NCBI RefSeq assembly: GCF_006345805.1
Contig: NC_042997.1
Coordinates: 56,978,001 to 57,042,000 of the forward strand
DNA from: Octopus sinensis
Lineage: Eukaryota
Length of the DNA: 64,000 bases
Direction of reading: 5' to 3'
Shown here one piece after another: positions 50,686 to 62,990 of the stretch. Numbering within the stretch: the first letter of the stretch is position 1; each line of letters begins with the position of its first letter. The notes under the pieces are model-generated. The model did not search any database, was not told the DNA's origin, and saw only the letters and a list, made by a program, of their open reading frames with translations. Made by a program: the position numbers and the translations under genes.

Positions 50686-51491
50686 AATGGAAAACATTTG
50701 CAGATCTAAAATCGAAGGAAAAATGTTTGTTTGGATAATATATATTTTGTAGCATCTGCTTCTTTCTTTTTTGTCATGTTTCTTTCCTTTATTAGAAGAA
50801 AACCTAACACAACTTCCTACACATGGAAGATACTGTCAAAGTCGGCCCAGGAAACATTAGATTTGTTTTCTCCAACAGAAAGTCAGCATGCGAACTTATC
50901 CAAATTATAAATTAATAGAAATAGTAATCGTTATCGTTAACAAGAATTCAACGCTAACAATAAGAATGTGAACTTTGCTGAAAATTTTGAATAATTCTGT
51001 CACCTTGATGAGACTATACCTCACTTTTTGTTTGGCGGGTTATCTCCAGGTTATCTTTGCTCAAACAAACCTAGGTGCTAGTGCGAACTGGACTTGCGCC
51101 CATACCTATTATCAAAAAGCATTCTAACTTTGAAAAATATATTCGTTTAGACTACATTTTCTAATTTTTCTAAGACAACAAGGTGCGAGTAGAGGAAGGT
51201 TTGGTCGTTATTCCCAGCTGTCGAGCGCGTGCAAGGAATCCCTAATTTGCTTAACCTTTCATTGGGATGATAAATATTGTCGATGTTTCACTATCTCGTC
51301 ATTTTCTAATTAGCAATTTTTTTACTTTTTAACGATGGTTTTTTTCTTTGGTGCTTGTTAAATTTAGACTGCCTTTTCAACTGAACATCATAAATATAAT
51401 CATCTCCACAGACGCAAATAAGCGTACAGTTATATAAAGATGCATATAGACACAAACTAACTTCTTGTCATTTTTCTGTAACACTTTCTAG

Positions 51492-51581
51492 GTGGTAGCC
51501 TTACTTTCAAGTAATAACCCCAGTGAGGTATTAAGAGAATTGTTAACTTCCGGCTGGGACATAAATGAGAAGAGTGTAATT
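51492..51581 (+). CDS. Ankyrin-repeat gene exon (90 bp, phase 0-0)
   Basis: tttctag acceptor, gtaagt donor. Encodes VVALLSSNNPSEVLRELLTSGWDINEKSVI, whose LLxxGxDIN end joins DGATAL of the next exon to form an ankyrin repeat. Confidence 0.8.
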
Positions 51582-51989
51582 GTAAGTAACTCAATTTTAT
51601 GAATTAATTTGTGCACTAGAAAGTATGTTAAAATCATTTCGGAATCTTTTACTCAAGCTTTGTCGCCCAAATGATTTGGTGTGGTTTGAGTTACGTAAAT
51701 GCTCCTCTGTGTCTGTCCCGCTTTCTTTTGTTTATACTAGTTCTTCTCTGAGAGCAATATTCTCCCCATTTCAACGTGGAGTACTTCCAACAGAGAGGTG
51801 GATGAAGTTCTACAATTACTGAGGGGCTTGGATTGTTAGTCTTAGAGCAAGATGGATCAATACAGAAAGTTCGGGACAATTTCCAGTCAAAACACCTTTT
51901 TTTTTTACTGTTATTTTTTTCAAACCAATTTGATCAATTTTGAAAGTGTACCTTACTTTCTGTGAATGCTAAATTTTTGGAGATTGAAT

Positions 51990-53015
51990 AGATGCATTGC
52001 CTGTTACGAACATCGGCTTACTTAGCTCGGATGAGCTCCACATCTCCAGCACTGATAGAGTCGGAGCTGATGTATGTGGGGGGAATGAGGTGTTGTTCTG
52101 CTAATATACTCGATTCCGGACATTTTTATGGATTAACAATTTCACTGAGCGTGGGTTACTTAGCTCAACGCAACGAGTTAAATTTGTCAAACGAACCCTA
52201 GTCAGAATATATGATCCTTAGGTCCTGGAGCTAAGTTTGTCCCGGTGGAGAAACGAAAAGAGATCCATTGAGATTACTTTTAGAAGCAGGTGCCTCATAT
52301 AGGACGCCGGTATAAGCGACTCTTTCGCTCGATCACACATCCTTAATGTTACAGCGGATGTGGCGGTTACTGCACCCTTAGCTAAATCAAATGAGATACT
52401 GAAGTATTTTAATTTGACTTCAGTTCCAGTCTTGCTGAATCGGTCGCAAACCCGGAGAGAAAAATTATTGGATCTTTTCCTTTTGAACGGCACATGTCAA
52501 CACATCTTTTTTCTTCGCCAATGTAAATAAACCCAATCTGTTTCTTAAACGAGGGACATATTCATACAGCACGGAATGTTGTTTACCTAAATGGAGGTCA
52601 GCGATTGGTTAAAATTGCCGAAATGCTTGAAATTAAAGTGGAAATATGTTACAACATATAGAATTTTCTCAATAAAGCCAAAAAAAAAAAATGATGTTTT
52701 TTAAATACATTCTACCAGTATACGAAGTTTAAAAGTGTTTACTTAACTAGAAATTGTGTTGACATGTGCCATTCAAAAGGAAAAGATCTAAATAATTAAA
52801 TATTATCCGCCGCTATCAATTTTATGCCGGTCGCCGTTGAGACCTCAGGTATTCTTGGACACCGCGCTGGCGATTTCATCTGCAAAATCGGGATAACTGC
52901 AGCCAGTCTTAGAGATGGGCCCAACAAGTTTGGGTGGCTGCTGCAGCGTCTGTCACTGACCATCTCTGTTGTAACACCATCACTGTCATGCTCGCTGGGC
53001 ACAGCTGAATACGCT
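51990..53015 (+). mobile_element. RLE-type (CRE/R2/R4-like) non-LTR retrotransposon C-terminal remnant
   Basis: Degenerate Zn-knuckle region (RCCSANILDSGHFYGL), DVAVTAPLA, REKLL and MPVAVETSGILGHRAGDF...LLQRLSLTIS...LGT match the restriction-like endonuclease tail. Confidence 0.7.
52470..52789. mobile_element. Internally deleted copy of Merlin-like family 2
   Basis: Same GGATCTTTTCCTTTTGAAC ends with most of the left arm missing; 8-bp TSD aaattatt/aaataatt. Confidence 0.88.
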
Positions 53016-54034
53016 GTTCTGGGGTGCACAACCCGTTACCCTCCACTTATTTTTTGCTGCTTAATACTCTGGAAAGACGCGATGCCAATGATGGTAAAAC
53101 TTTGTTGGCTGCAATCCAGCTCCTTGAACACTTCAAATGTCACAAGCTGAAAAATGTAATTCACTTACAAATGAATTTTTATTTACATAAAGGTTGGATT
53201 CACAATTTAATTACAAGGAAAAAAGGAAAAATTTCCAGCGCGCTCTAGTCTTACAATCATCTTCACAATGCCTTGAGTTTAGGATTCCCTCAAAATTTGT
53301 TATAAGTGCAGTATGTAATTGAGAGTGTGCATGCCTTATTTTTTAATTTAGTTATTTCTTTTTTTTTTTTCGCTAATTTTTATTGTCTGATTTTGTAACC
53401 TGTTCTTTAGTAGTTTTACAATTAATTAATGTTAAAAATGAATTTATATTACTTTTGTAAATTGTGCTTTTTAGCAGTTTTGTAATTAATTACAGCTACA
53501 GAAATTATTTGAAAATTCTGTTTCGTTGATAATTATATAATTGAAGAAATTGTTGTCTCACTGCCAACCTGTTACAGTGTTCATTTGCTTCGGATGGCAA
53601 ATCTTTCAATACTTATCCTCGACAGTAATGTAGAATTTAAGATTAGGCCTATAATATAGAGATAGCCATAATTTACGCTCGCACGAGATGCATAACAAAG
53701 TCCCAAAATGAGTTAATATAATTTAATTGGTATCATCAACATTTCCATGCCTGTGTGGGTCAGACAGACTTTATTGGGGAAGATTTTCTATGGTCGGATG
53801 CCCTTCCTGTTACCAACCCTCACCTGTTAGCTAACAAGGCAATATTTTTCCATGGTCAGACATGTTCTTGCAGAATATTGGAAATTAATGACACTCCTTG
53901 TATAACAGTGACACTCTTTTACATACAGAAATTTCTTTACCGCATCGTAACAACCCCGACAAACAAGCAACACCCTGAGCCAAACTAGAGCTACATCTAT
54001 GCCTGACAATGATCTGCGTTTGATGGGATTAGGA

Positions 54035-54250
54035 AGGGTAAATCCACTGTGAAATGCTTGAAAAAGACCACATATTCAATGCAGAACTTTACGTGGTGTG
54101 CTTTTTCAACAAGACAACGCTCGCTCCTGTGTCGCTAATTTGACCAAAAATACTATTCAAGAGCTCGATTGGAAAGTCTTGCCGCATCCATCATATTCTC
54201 TTGATATAGCTCCTTCAGATTATATTCACCTCTTTCGGTTGCTCTGGTAG
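54035..54250 (+). mobile_element. mariner transposase C-terminal remnant
   Basis: FQQDNAR...IQELDWKVLPHPSYSLDIAPSDY. Confidence 0.85.
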
Positions 54251-55537
54251 GAGCTCTATTTCCCTTTGGCGGAACACTTATCCATCTAAATGTGATTTGG
54301 TTGGTGGAGCCAACCACTATGCCTTGTGCATAGATACACATTACCGCCTATCACAAAGTAGCAGGAAAATTCTAGTAAGTTCTAACCAGGCCTCCAAGAG
54401 AAGTAGGTGTACTGTTATATCGCTGTCTGAGCATAACTCTATCATGTAGACAACATCTAATGGAGAAACACTCTAGAACTAAATAACTATTTATGGACTG
54501 TTCGAAAATTTATCATGTTCATATTTTACAATATGCAGTAACAGTAAGTGTTACATAAATAATATGCTGCATACACCTTTTTCTGGATTTGTGACCCTAT
54601 AACGAACTTCTCTTCTGTTCACTTAGGACACTGTTAAACCATATCTTTGAATGCTATACCCCGTATGCTTGCAAGCAAACCTTGACTGAATGCTATCATC
54701 ACCTCCTCTTATAATAAATCATTATTGTTCTGTTAAACCTTCTGAATGTTGTCTATTATTTCATTACAAGGTATTATACTACCGTTGTTAAAAAAAATAT
54801 GATTTTATTTTAGTGCCTCTTCACTAAACTCGGGTCAAGTTGTAAACATTAACCAAAAATTGTACGGTTTCTGTCTAACCTTTCTTTCTCTCTCTGTTGA
54901 TTGTTTTCAACCATCACCAAGTACCACCACCATCGCCACCACAGGTGTCGTACACACGCCATTCAGACTTCTATCGCCACCACCATCAATACCTTTGTCT
55001 TCACCGCCTTCCCCTCTACCATCACCACTGTCTTTCACATCGCTTACTCCACCACTCCACCTTTATCACAATTACAGCTCATACTATTACTATCACCCCA
55101 TTGGCGGAAAGCGGGGTGCGATCCACATTCTTTACGTCTGCCCACCCCATTACCATCACAACCATCAATCTACTACCGACTTTATGCCTACTATTACTTT
55201 CACCCCATCACAAAGAATTGTGGAAGAGTAAATTTCTTTATTTTGGGAAACCGGATTCCCCCTCCCCCACATATTCTGGAAATCCTTTTTTTCCCCCGTT
55301 GAATGAATTCTGGTGACCTGCTAATATGCTACAAAACCCTTTTGGGATCTAGGAAACCGTCTGGGGTGAAGTGGAATGGAACCCTTGGAAATTTTACCCA
55401 TTCCCAACATTTTAGAGAAATACATTTTCCAGAGTGTGAATTACATGGTACGTTATTAAATTTATAAAGAATGTGACATTTATATTGTGTATATTTTACA
55501 CTGTATGTATTTTTTCCTGAAGTAGTGTGTGTGTATG

Positions 55538-55584
<47 letters not shown>

Positions 55585-56525
55585 GCGTGTATGTATATGT
55601 AGACAGGTAAAAATTTACCAACAAAGTACTACTTACCTCTTTGCTGTCAAATAAATGGATTCTCAACAAAATACACTTTTTGGTTAATGTTCACATTATT
55701 ACCCAGAAACGAAATCAGAAAAAAAAAAATAGTGCAACGGGTGTAAAACAAAAAAAGGTGTCGGAAACGAATATGAAAACAAAAATGCGCGGAAAGCAAC
55801 AGGGTGGGGAACTTTGAAAAATTCACAAGTACCGAGTTTTTCCCTCAAAACTTTTAGGAAAATGGGGTTTTTTTTATATGAAATTTTATATAAATACTTT
55901 TCAAATGGCATACATTACTATTATAATGAAATTTGTGGATAAAATCTTTTCGGAAGGGGTGGGGAGAGGACTAGGGAAAATTCACAAGATTTTGATTTTT
56001 TCCCTCGTAACTTTAAGGAAAATGAATATCTTTTAATGAAATTGTATATAAATACCTTTCAAACGACATGCATTATGGATGCCTAATCTCATGATTCCTC
56101 CCACTCCCCGGAATCAATGGAAATTTTTTTTTTTTTTTGTTGAATGAATTCCAGTGACCTTAATATGCTACAAAACCCATTTTGGGGTCCAGAAACTCAG
56201 AAACTTCACCCCAGCCCCATTTTCATATTTTTTTTTTGTTATTTCTTTCTTTTCCCATAATTTTAGATAATATCTTGCAGAAATACGTTTTCAAGAGAGT
56301 GTGGATTACATTAGATTGATAATTCAAAGAAGTTTGAAATGAATAAGTGAAAATGCAGAGGTTATAGAAGTTAGTGGTAACAAAGTGTTGAGAAATAATG
56401 AACGATAAATTCATCTAAAAAAACACATTAGAGTTTTCGTATGTATGTGTGAAACGGAGTAAAAGTATAATATTAAAACAAAATATCTTTTTCCTACCTC
56501 TTAAAATCACTGGATATAATATATT

Positions 56526-57274
56526 TAATAATCCCAGATTGCAGAATAGATTTGAAAAACTAAAGTATTTTCCCTTTGCAATTTTTGGTGCCAAAATGAG
56601 TTTCATTTTTGGGGGGAGAGAGAGAGAGAGAGATACTGGCATGGTTGGACTGTTTGACTGAGAACTGGCAAGCCAGGAGGCTGCAATCAGGCTCCAGCCT
56701 GTTCTGGCAAGGTTTCTACAGCTGGATGCTCTTCCTAATACCAACCACTCCAAGAGTGTAGTGGGTGCTTTTCAAGTTCCACTGGTACAGGGGCCAATCA
56801 GATGGCACTAGCATCAATCACGCTCAAATGGTACTTTTTACGTGCCACCAGCACTGGCACAGCTGATGCCAATACCAGCAGCACATAAAAAGTACCATTC
56901 GAACATGATTGATGCCAGTGTCATGTGACTGGCCCCTGTACCAGTGGAACTTGAAAAGCACCCACTACACTCTTGGAGTGGTTGGTATTAGGAAGGGCTG
57001 TAGAAACCTTGCCAGAACAGACTGGAGCCTGATTTCAGCCTCCTAGCTTGCTAGTCCTCAGTCAAACAGTCCAACCCATGCCAGCATGGAAAGCAGACGT
57101 TAAACGATGATTGTTACACCATTCAAAGTTTAGGTAAACTTTGTCACTCACTCACATTCTCTTTCTCTCACTCTCTCCCACCCTGTCACAAAAATGAAAC
57201 TCATTTCAGCACCAAAAATTGCAAAGGGAAAATGCTTTAATTTTTCAAATCTATTCTGCAATCTGGGATTATTA
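56526..57274. repeat. 750-bp imperfect palindrome folded through an RTE 3' UTR copy
   Basis: Outer arms 56526-56615 and 57185-57274. Inner LINE halves are mirrored about cagctg at 56860-56865. Confidence 0.9.
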
Positions 57275-57280
57275 TATATA

Positions 57281-57802
57281 CTAGCAAACCTACCCATCTA
57301 TGATGGGAAATGAAAGGAGGGTGGAAAATAACAACTTTAAGTATGAATGTATTTATACTGAAATATGGCATGGGAAATGTTGCAAAATATAAATAATGGT
57401 TGGTTTTTATTATATTTATGTGCAGCTCTACACAGTACATATTCATGATATTATTACATTTACAAAACTTCTTTGTAAATGATATTTTGTGTTTGATCCG
57501 CACTAATTTTCAAATGCTCAGCTCATAATGACATGTGTAAACATTGGAGTGGGCAGAAACACACAAACACAATCTAAAGTCTGGTCCTGAGACTTGTTGG
57601 CTGTGAATGAGAAGGCTAGTTTGATGGGAAACTGCCTGCATTATAATTGGAAGGGAAACTGGTTGTCGCAAGATACCAGTGGTATCTGAGGTGTGAATAA
57701 GCGTTTACCACTGTGAGAGCCAATCGCTATCACTGCCTCGATGACGTGAGAATTGAGTTGCGTGATAATGTATCTTGTTCCATTGCAATGTCCTTTGGCA
57801 GG
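57281..57802 (-). mobile_element. Helitron 3' fragment (PIF1-like helicase C-terminus plus 3' terminus)
   Basis: GHCNGTRYII, IPLV, FPFQL*CRQFPIKLAFSFTANKSQDQTL and NIIYKEVL*. Then hairpin cccatc-ata-gatggg (57293-57307) and terminal CTAG followed by T. Confidence 0.88.
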
Positions 57803-60089
57803 GTCAAAATTTTACCCATTCCCAACATTTTACAGAAATACATTTTCCAGAGTGTGAATTACATGGTTCGTTATTAAATATATAGAGAATGTGACATTTA
57901 TATTGTGTATATTTTACACTGAACATATCTTCTGAAGTCATAGTGTATATAAATGTGCGTGTGTATATATATATACAACATGTGAGGTATTGGTATCTAT
58001 AAAACCCAAAGAGTGACAGGTAAGTAGTAAGCGCTATGGACAGACCGGAGTTAAACTCTTGGTTTGATAGTGATATGTGTGAGGTGTCTAATGTGGGTAG
58101 CATGTATATATATATATTAGACAAAATGAGATAAAAAAAAGCCAAGGCTTTGTTATCTCATTTTGTCTAATATATATAATAGCATGTATGTGTATGTAGA
58201 CAGGTAAAAATTCACCGACAAAGTACTACTTACCTCTTTGCTGTCAAATAAACGGATTAATTCTCAACAAAATACACTTTTTTTCTCAACAAAATTTTAC
58301 AACTTTATACCAGCATTTTAGGAAGAAAAAAACAAAAATATTTCGCACCCAAACTAATTTTTGTGTGTTGGGGAAGAGCAAAAATAAAAGTTGTCTCTCT
58401 ACAAAGAAGCAGTTTAAAATAAATATATCTTAATTGTTTTGTGAGAAAGTATATATATTCTGATGATAAAATATAGTATCTTTTAAAACATCCTAAATTT
58501 TCGACTATATCTTGTGTGTTTAAGAAAAAAAAAACGTTTTTTCTCTTATACTACTGTGTGTGTGTGTGAGAGAGAGAGTGAGAAAGCGGCATTTGCTGAG
58601 CTGTCTCTAAGTATAACGATGTCCTGTTCCACCTGAACTTGTGCAATGTTACACCTCTGAATTTCTTTTTGATTGTGATAATTAATCAAGGGGTTTAGTC
58701 GTTACTGCCAAAATTAATTTCTCTTACATTTTCTCTTTCAATATCTAATTAAAAGAGAGAATATATTGTTACCAACAATGTTGAAACTTTAGTAACTTGA
58801 TTGCTCTGTTATTGAACCAGGATTTTAATTTCATTTGGTACACACCTTGCTATCATTTATATGGAGAATTGCAATCGTGGCATATAAATAAAACTTATTT
58901 TAATAGAAATTTTATGAGTACATCCGTAAGTGGTTTTCTTGCACACCAACACCTCCCCACCCACATATATGCACACAGATACACATGGATGAAGTCCCAT
59001 TTTGGAAGTATGTTAAAGTTTTTATTATTTTGGAATGAAGAACACAAACATAGGTGCTGAGCCAGTGACTAAACTTGTAGTATTTTGTTGAGATTAATCC
59101 AATGAATTGACAACAAGATAATTGCTTCTATCAGAATCATTTACCTTTAAAGTGAAAAAGCAAAACAACAGGTATGTAAAATATATTTTGTGTACTTCTT
59201 TCTCTGTTTATATGGATAAGCTGTAGAAGTTGTGCATGTGCGCACACACAAGCACAAAAATTCTCCAGACATTTAGCTGTTATTTTTAGCATATCAAGTT
59301 TTGTGGTGAGGGCTTTACCATGCCATGGTCCTTTTACTTTTAGACAGCAGGATGGGGTGTGGATCAGTTTTGGAATTTTTCATTAAAAATTTGAAATTAA
59401 ATTTTTTTTCACATATTTTTAATCTCTATTTTCCCACATAGATTGGAAAAAAACCCTCAAAAAATTAAAAATTGGTGGGTGGGGGTGGCGAGTAGAATTA
59501 AAAATTTGTAAAACATGGTTTTTTGCATATTCGGAATCTCCGTCATTGAAGACATAGGAATCCGGTGAAAAAAAAAATTCTGAAAGGTCAGTTTAGAAGG
59601 GGTGGGGGGACTGTGCTCCAGGTCAGCCAAAAGGTATGACCATTTTTCTGAATAATAAATAAATTTCAACATAATTATCCTTGGCATTTTCAAGAATGTA
59701 TCAACAAAATTTCATTTAAAAATATACATTAAGAAAATATTTATGAGGAAACAGTCAGTGGGACATCCAACTATAGTTTAACTCCCATTTGTCATCTCAC
59801 GTCAAGTTTATATTTAATTAATACCAGCTTACAATGCCCAGCGAATATGGTGGGTGAGGCATCATTTCCCATTCAAACTGCTCCAACCTTTCAAATGTCA
59901 TCCTAGCTGTATGTGGCTGAACTTTATCCTGATAGAATACCTTTTGTCTTGAAACCAAAGATGGTCATTTTTCTTCTAGCACTGACTGAAGCTGCTTGAA
60001 CTGCTCACAGTAGGCCTCCTTTGTTATCGTTTGGCTTGGGTTTAAAAGTTCAAAGTGGACTAAACCTTTCATATCCTACAAAACAAATA

Positions 60090-60720
60090 ATAACACCATA
60101 TAGGTGAAGACCTTCTTAAGCCTGGGGTACTGGTGTTTCCCCTTTCCCTACCCACTGTCTTCGGTGCTTGACTTTTTTATACCGAACCCATTTCTCGTCA
60201 CCAGTCACTATTCGATCCCAAAAAAGGTTCATTTGTGAGATGTGACAGCAAAGAAGATCACACATTCACTCTCTGCATGCAACTTGACTCGGAAAATTTG
60301 TAAGGAACCCATGGACCCAATTTACTGACTTTTCCGATTGCACACAGGCATCGCTGAATAGTTGACTGACCAAATCCAAGCTTCTCTGCTAGCTCCTCAA
60401 CAATTATTATGGAATTTTGTTCCACCAGGCTTTGCAGGACGTCCTCATCGAGACCTACAGATCTTCCAGGAGAAGGCTCATCTTCTAGGCTGTAGTTTCT
60501 GGCTCAGAATTTCTGGAACCGCCGTTGACACTAGCTTACGCTTATTGTCCAATCCCCATATACTGCATTAATAGTCCTCGCACTTTCTGTTACGTTGTTC
60601 CCTTTATTGAACTCGTGAAGCAAAATATGCTGAATATGCTCCTTTGTCACTTCCACTATAGCTTTGAAAAAAATAACTTAAAATTGAACTGCACTCTTCA
60701 AAACTTGCACTAAGAATAAG
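60090..60720 (-). mobile_element. mariner transposase N-terminal/central remnant
   Basis: VEELAEKLG..STIQRCL..IGKVSKLGPWVPYK and RIVTGDEKWV. Confidence 0.85.
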
Positions 60721-60992
60721 GACAAGGTAAAATTACTACCTGCTTTTATAGAAAGTTAATGCAGGTAGTTTATCCCACCTCTTGCCTTTTAGTTCATGCA
60801 ATTGAAAAAGCCGTATTATTTATGGGATGACCCAATATTTATACTATTTATACATATAGAATTTTTTCAGCCATTTACATCTGCTATACTTTAATAACTA
60901 TGGTGAAATTGTTTTGACTTAATGTCTATATAAATAAAATAAATCAATAAACATTATATTAATTATACGTTATGATTTATTTTTTTAAACAG

Positions 60993-61091
60993 GATGGTGC
61001 AACAGCTCTGGCGGAAGCCATTGCACACAAACGTTTTGATGTGGTCAAATGTTTGATCACTAATGGGGCCGATATTTCTATCAGAGATGAT
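60993..61091 (+). CDS. Ankyrin-repeat exon (99 bp, phase 0-0)
   Basis: aaacag acceptor, gtaag donor. Encodes DGATALAEAIAHKRFDVVKCLITNGADISIRDD (33-aa ankyrin consensus). Confidence 0.92.
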
Positions 61092-61299
61092 GTAAGAATG
61101 ACATTTTGTTAAATAATTATTCAGGATTTTCTAAGCACAAAGACTTCTTTATTTACAAACACATGCACACACATAATAACGTTTTTTATATAAATCACAT
61201 TAAGGCTATATTTTTGTTAGAATGTTGAATAATCAGACAATTGATCTCCTTTATAATAAATACACAGTTGTTGCTTAGATTTCGACAGTCAAGTGATGA

Positions 61300-61720
61300 T
61301 TTTCATGGATATCAGCATGCACTATCATATTGTCATATATTGATGTGAAACTTTGTTCAGATTTGGCATCAGCCTTGGCGGATGTTCTTCCCAATTTGTT
61401 AGCACAAGACATTGCACATGGCTGAAACTATTCCTACCATATTCCTGAAGCAGCACTAAAGTTTCCATAAAGGTTTTTCCCAATTTGTGACAAAATTTCA
61501 CACAGTCACACTGCTCTTCCATATCCTTTGCTCAATTTGCAGCAAATCGCCAAATGCACTTGATATGTTCACTGTAGTACCTATTAATTGATGACTAATT
61601 TGGCATGATATGGTAATTATTTGACTGAAAGTCAAGGTTACTCATACACAAAACTGAGATTAAGAGCTTTTATTGACTGCTACACTATTTCAGTTCGGCC
61701 AGTTTCTTGTTAGACACAAT
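61300..61720 (-). mobile_element. mariner 5' end remnant
   Basis: MEEQCDCVKFCHKLGKTFMETL resembles the mariner N-terminus (EQRxxIKFCxKLGK). Confidence 0.7.
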
Positions 61721-61874
61721 ATATTTATATTCATTGAAAGTAAAAACATGACATCTGTGTAATTTTATGAATAGTCTTGAGTTTGTAAATCAAATTCAAG
61801 TAATACCTTAATTCTATAGTCACCATAGGTACTTTTTTGGTTTGTGTGATGTAAAAATACCGTATATGCTGGCG

Positions 61875-62990
61875 TTGTAATACAACTTGGTGTACAAGGC
61901 AAATGCCAGGATTTCCATTTAGAAAGTAGGAATTGAGCTATACCTGCTATATAAGATTGACCCAAGTTATCGTGGAAAATAGCTTGGGTGCCAAAGGCAT
62001 GAGGTTCATAGCTAAAGGGGTTTGTTTTTTTGTTTCACAAGACTATTGGTCTTGAAACAACATATCCATTTTGACGCTGCTCACAGACCTGGTCTGTTAC
62101 ATGCTTCTCTGGAATCATGCCAGTGTGCAGTGCCTCTCAGTCCTGGTTATACTCCTTCATAAGTCTTCTTCCAAATTCTTACCATCTTCCCGGTTACACT
62201 GTATTCTCTCGCAGCAGCTCGGTTGCTGTGGGACTTGGTGTATGCTACCACTTTCAGCTTAAAACAGGTTCATATTGCCTTCGTTTATCACTTTGAGCCA
62301 TGAGGGGGTTTTACAGTTGTTGGAAATTAATGTTCACTCAGTGAGAGTACTATGCTTATGAAAGAATGACAACTTGATCCTTTCCAAGAAACCCTGTCTG
62401 TAAATGTTTGAAAGTAACCAGTAACTGTAAGGTTTATTGTGATTGGTCTGACTGACATGAACCAGCCAGTTACAGAAGGTATCAGTACATGCTGCTAATA
62501 TAACAAGCAGGTTAGTTACTGTAAACTACACTTGTACTGAAAGCCCTAATCTGGCTGAATGCTGTATAAGAGAGCGCTCAAATGAGGCAGTGTAAACAGA
62601 ACAGACCAAGGGACCAGGCTGAATAGGCTGATTGTTTACATTTTCTATTCGTCAGCTGTTGCAAGTGGCAACTGGTGTCTGTCTGCTAAGTTTGCTGTGC
62701 TGTTATTTTGATATAATTAACCTAATTTCTCAAACATACATGTAAGTATTAGTAGAACCACATGATCTATGCAAGTGGTTTACGGAGTTCTCCATCAATA
62801 CATGCAAGTATTTGTTGAAAATACTGCGCTGTAGAACCATAGGATCTATGCGAGTGGTTTACACTGTTCTCCATTGATATTGGTGTTACTCTAAGCCACA
62901 GGAAGTTAAGGTTTAGAATTTATACGGGGTATATAAGACAACCCTTAGTTTTGGGGTGATTGTTTTTTTGAAGATCAAATTCCATCCTGT
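61875..62990 (+). mobile_element. Unclassified interspersed repeat, copy B
   Basis: Inverted homologue of 48608-50685 that lacks the MITE and about 400 bp of copy A (50130-50530). Confidence 0.85.

Noticed and set aside
54860-55316. Three overlapping P/T/H-rich ORFs
   Set aside because: Low-complexity (CAC/CAT)n-derived sequence keeps all frames open; no domain.
58979-59171. Possible extra ankyrin-gene exons (58979-59007 and one ending at the 59171 donor)
   Set aside because: Splice-like signals exist but phases do not fit and stop codons appear in the required frames.
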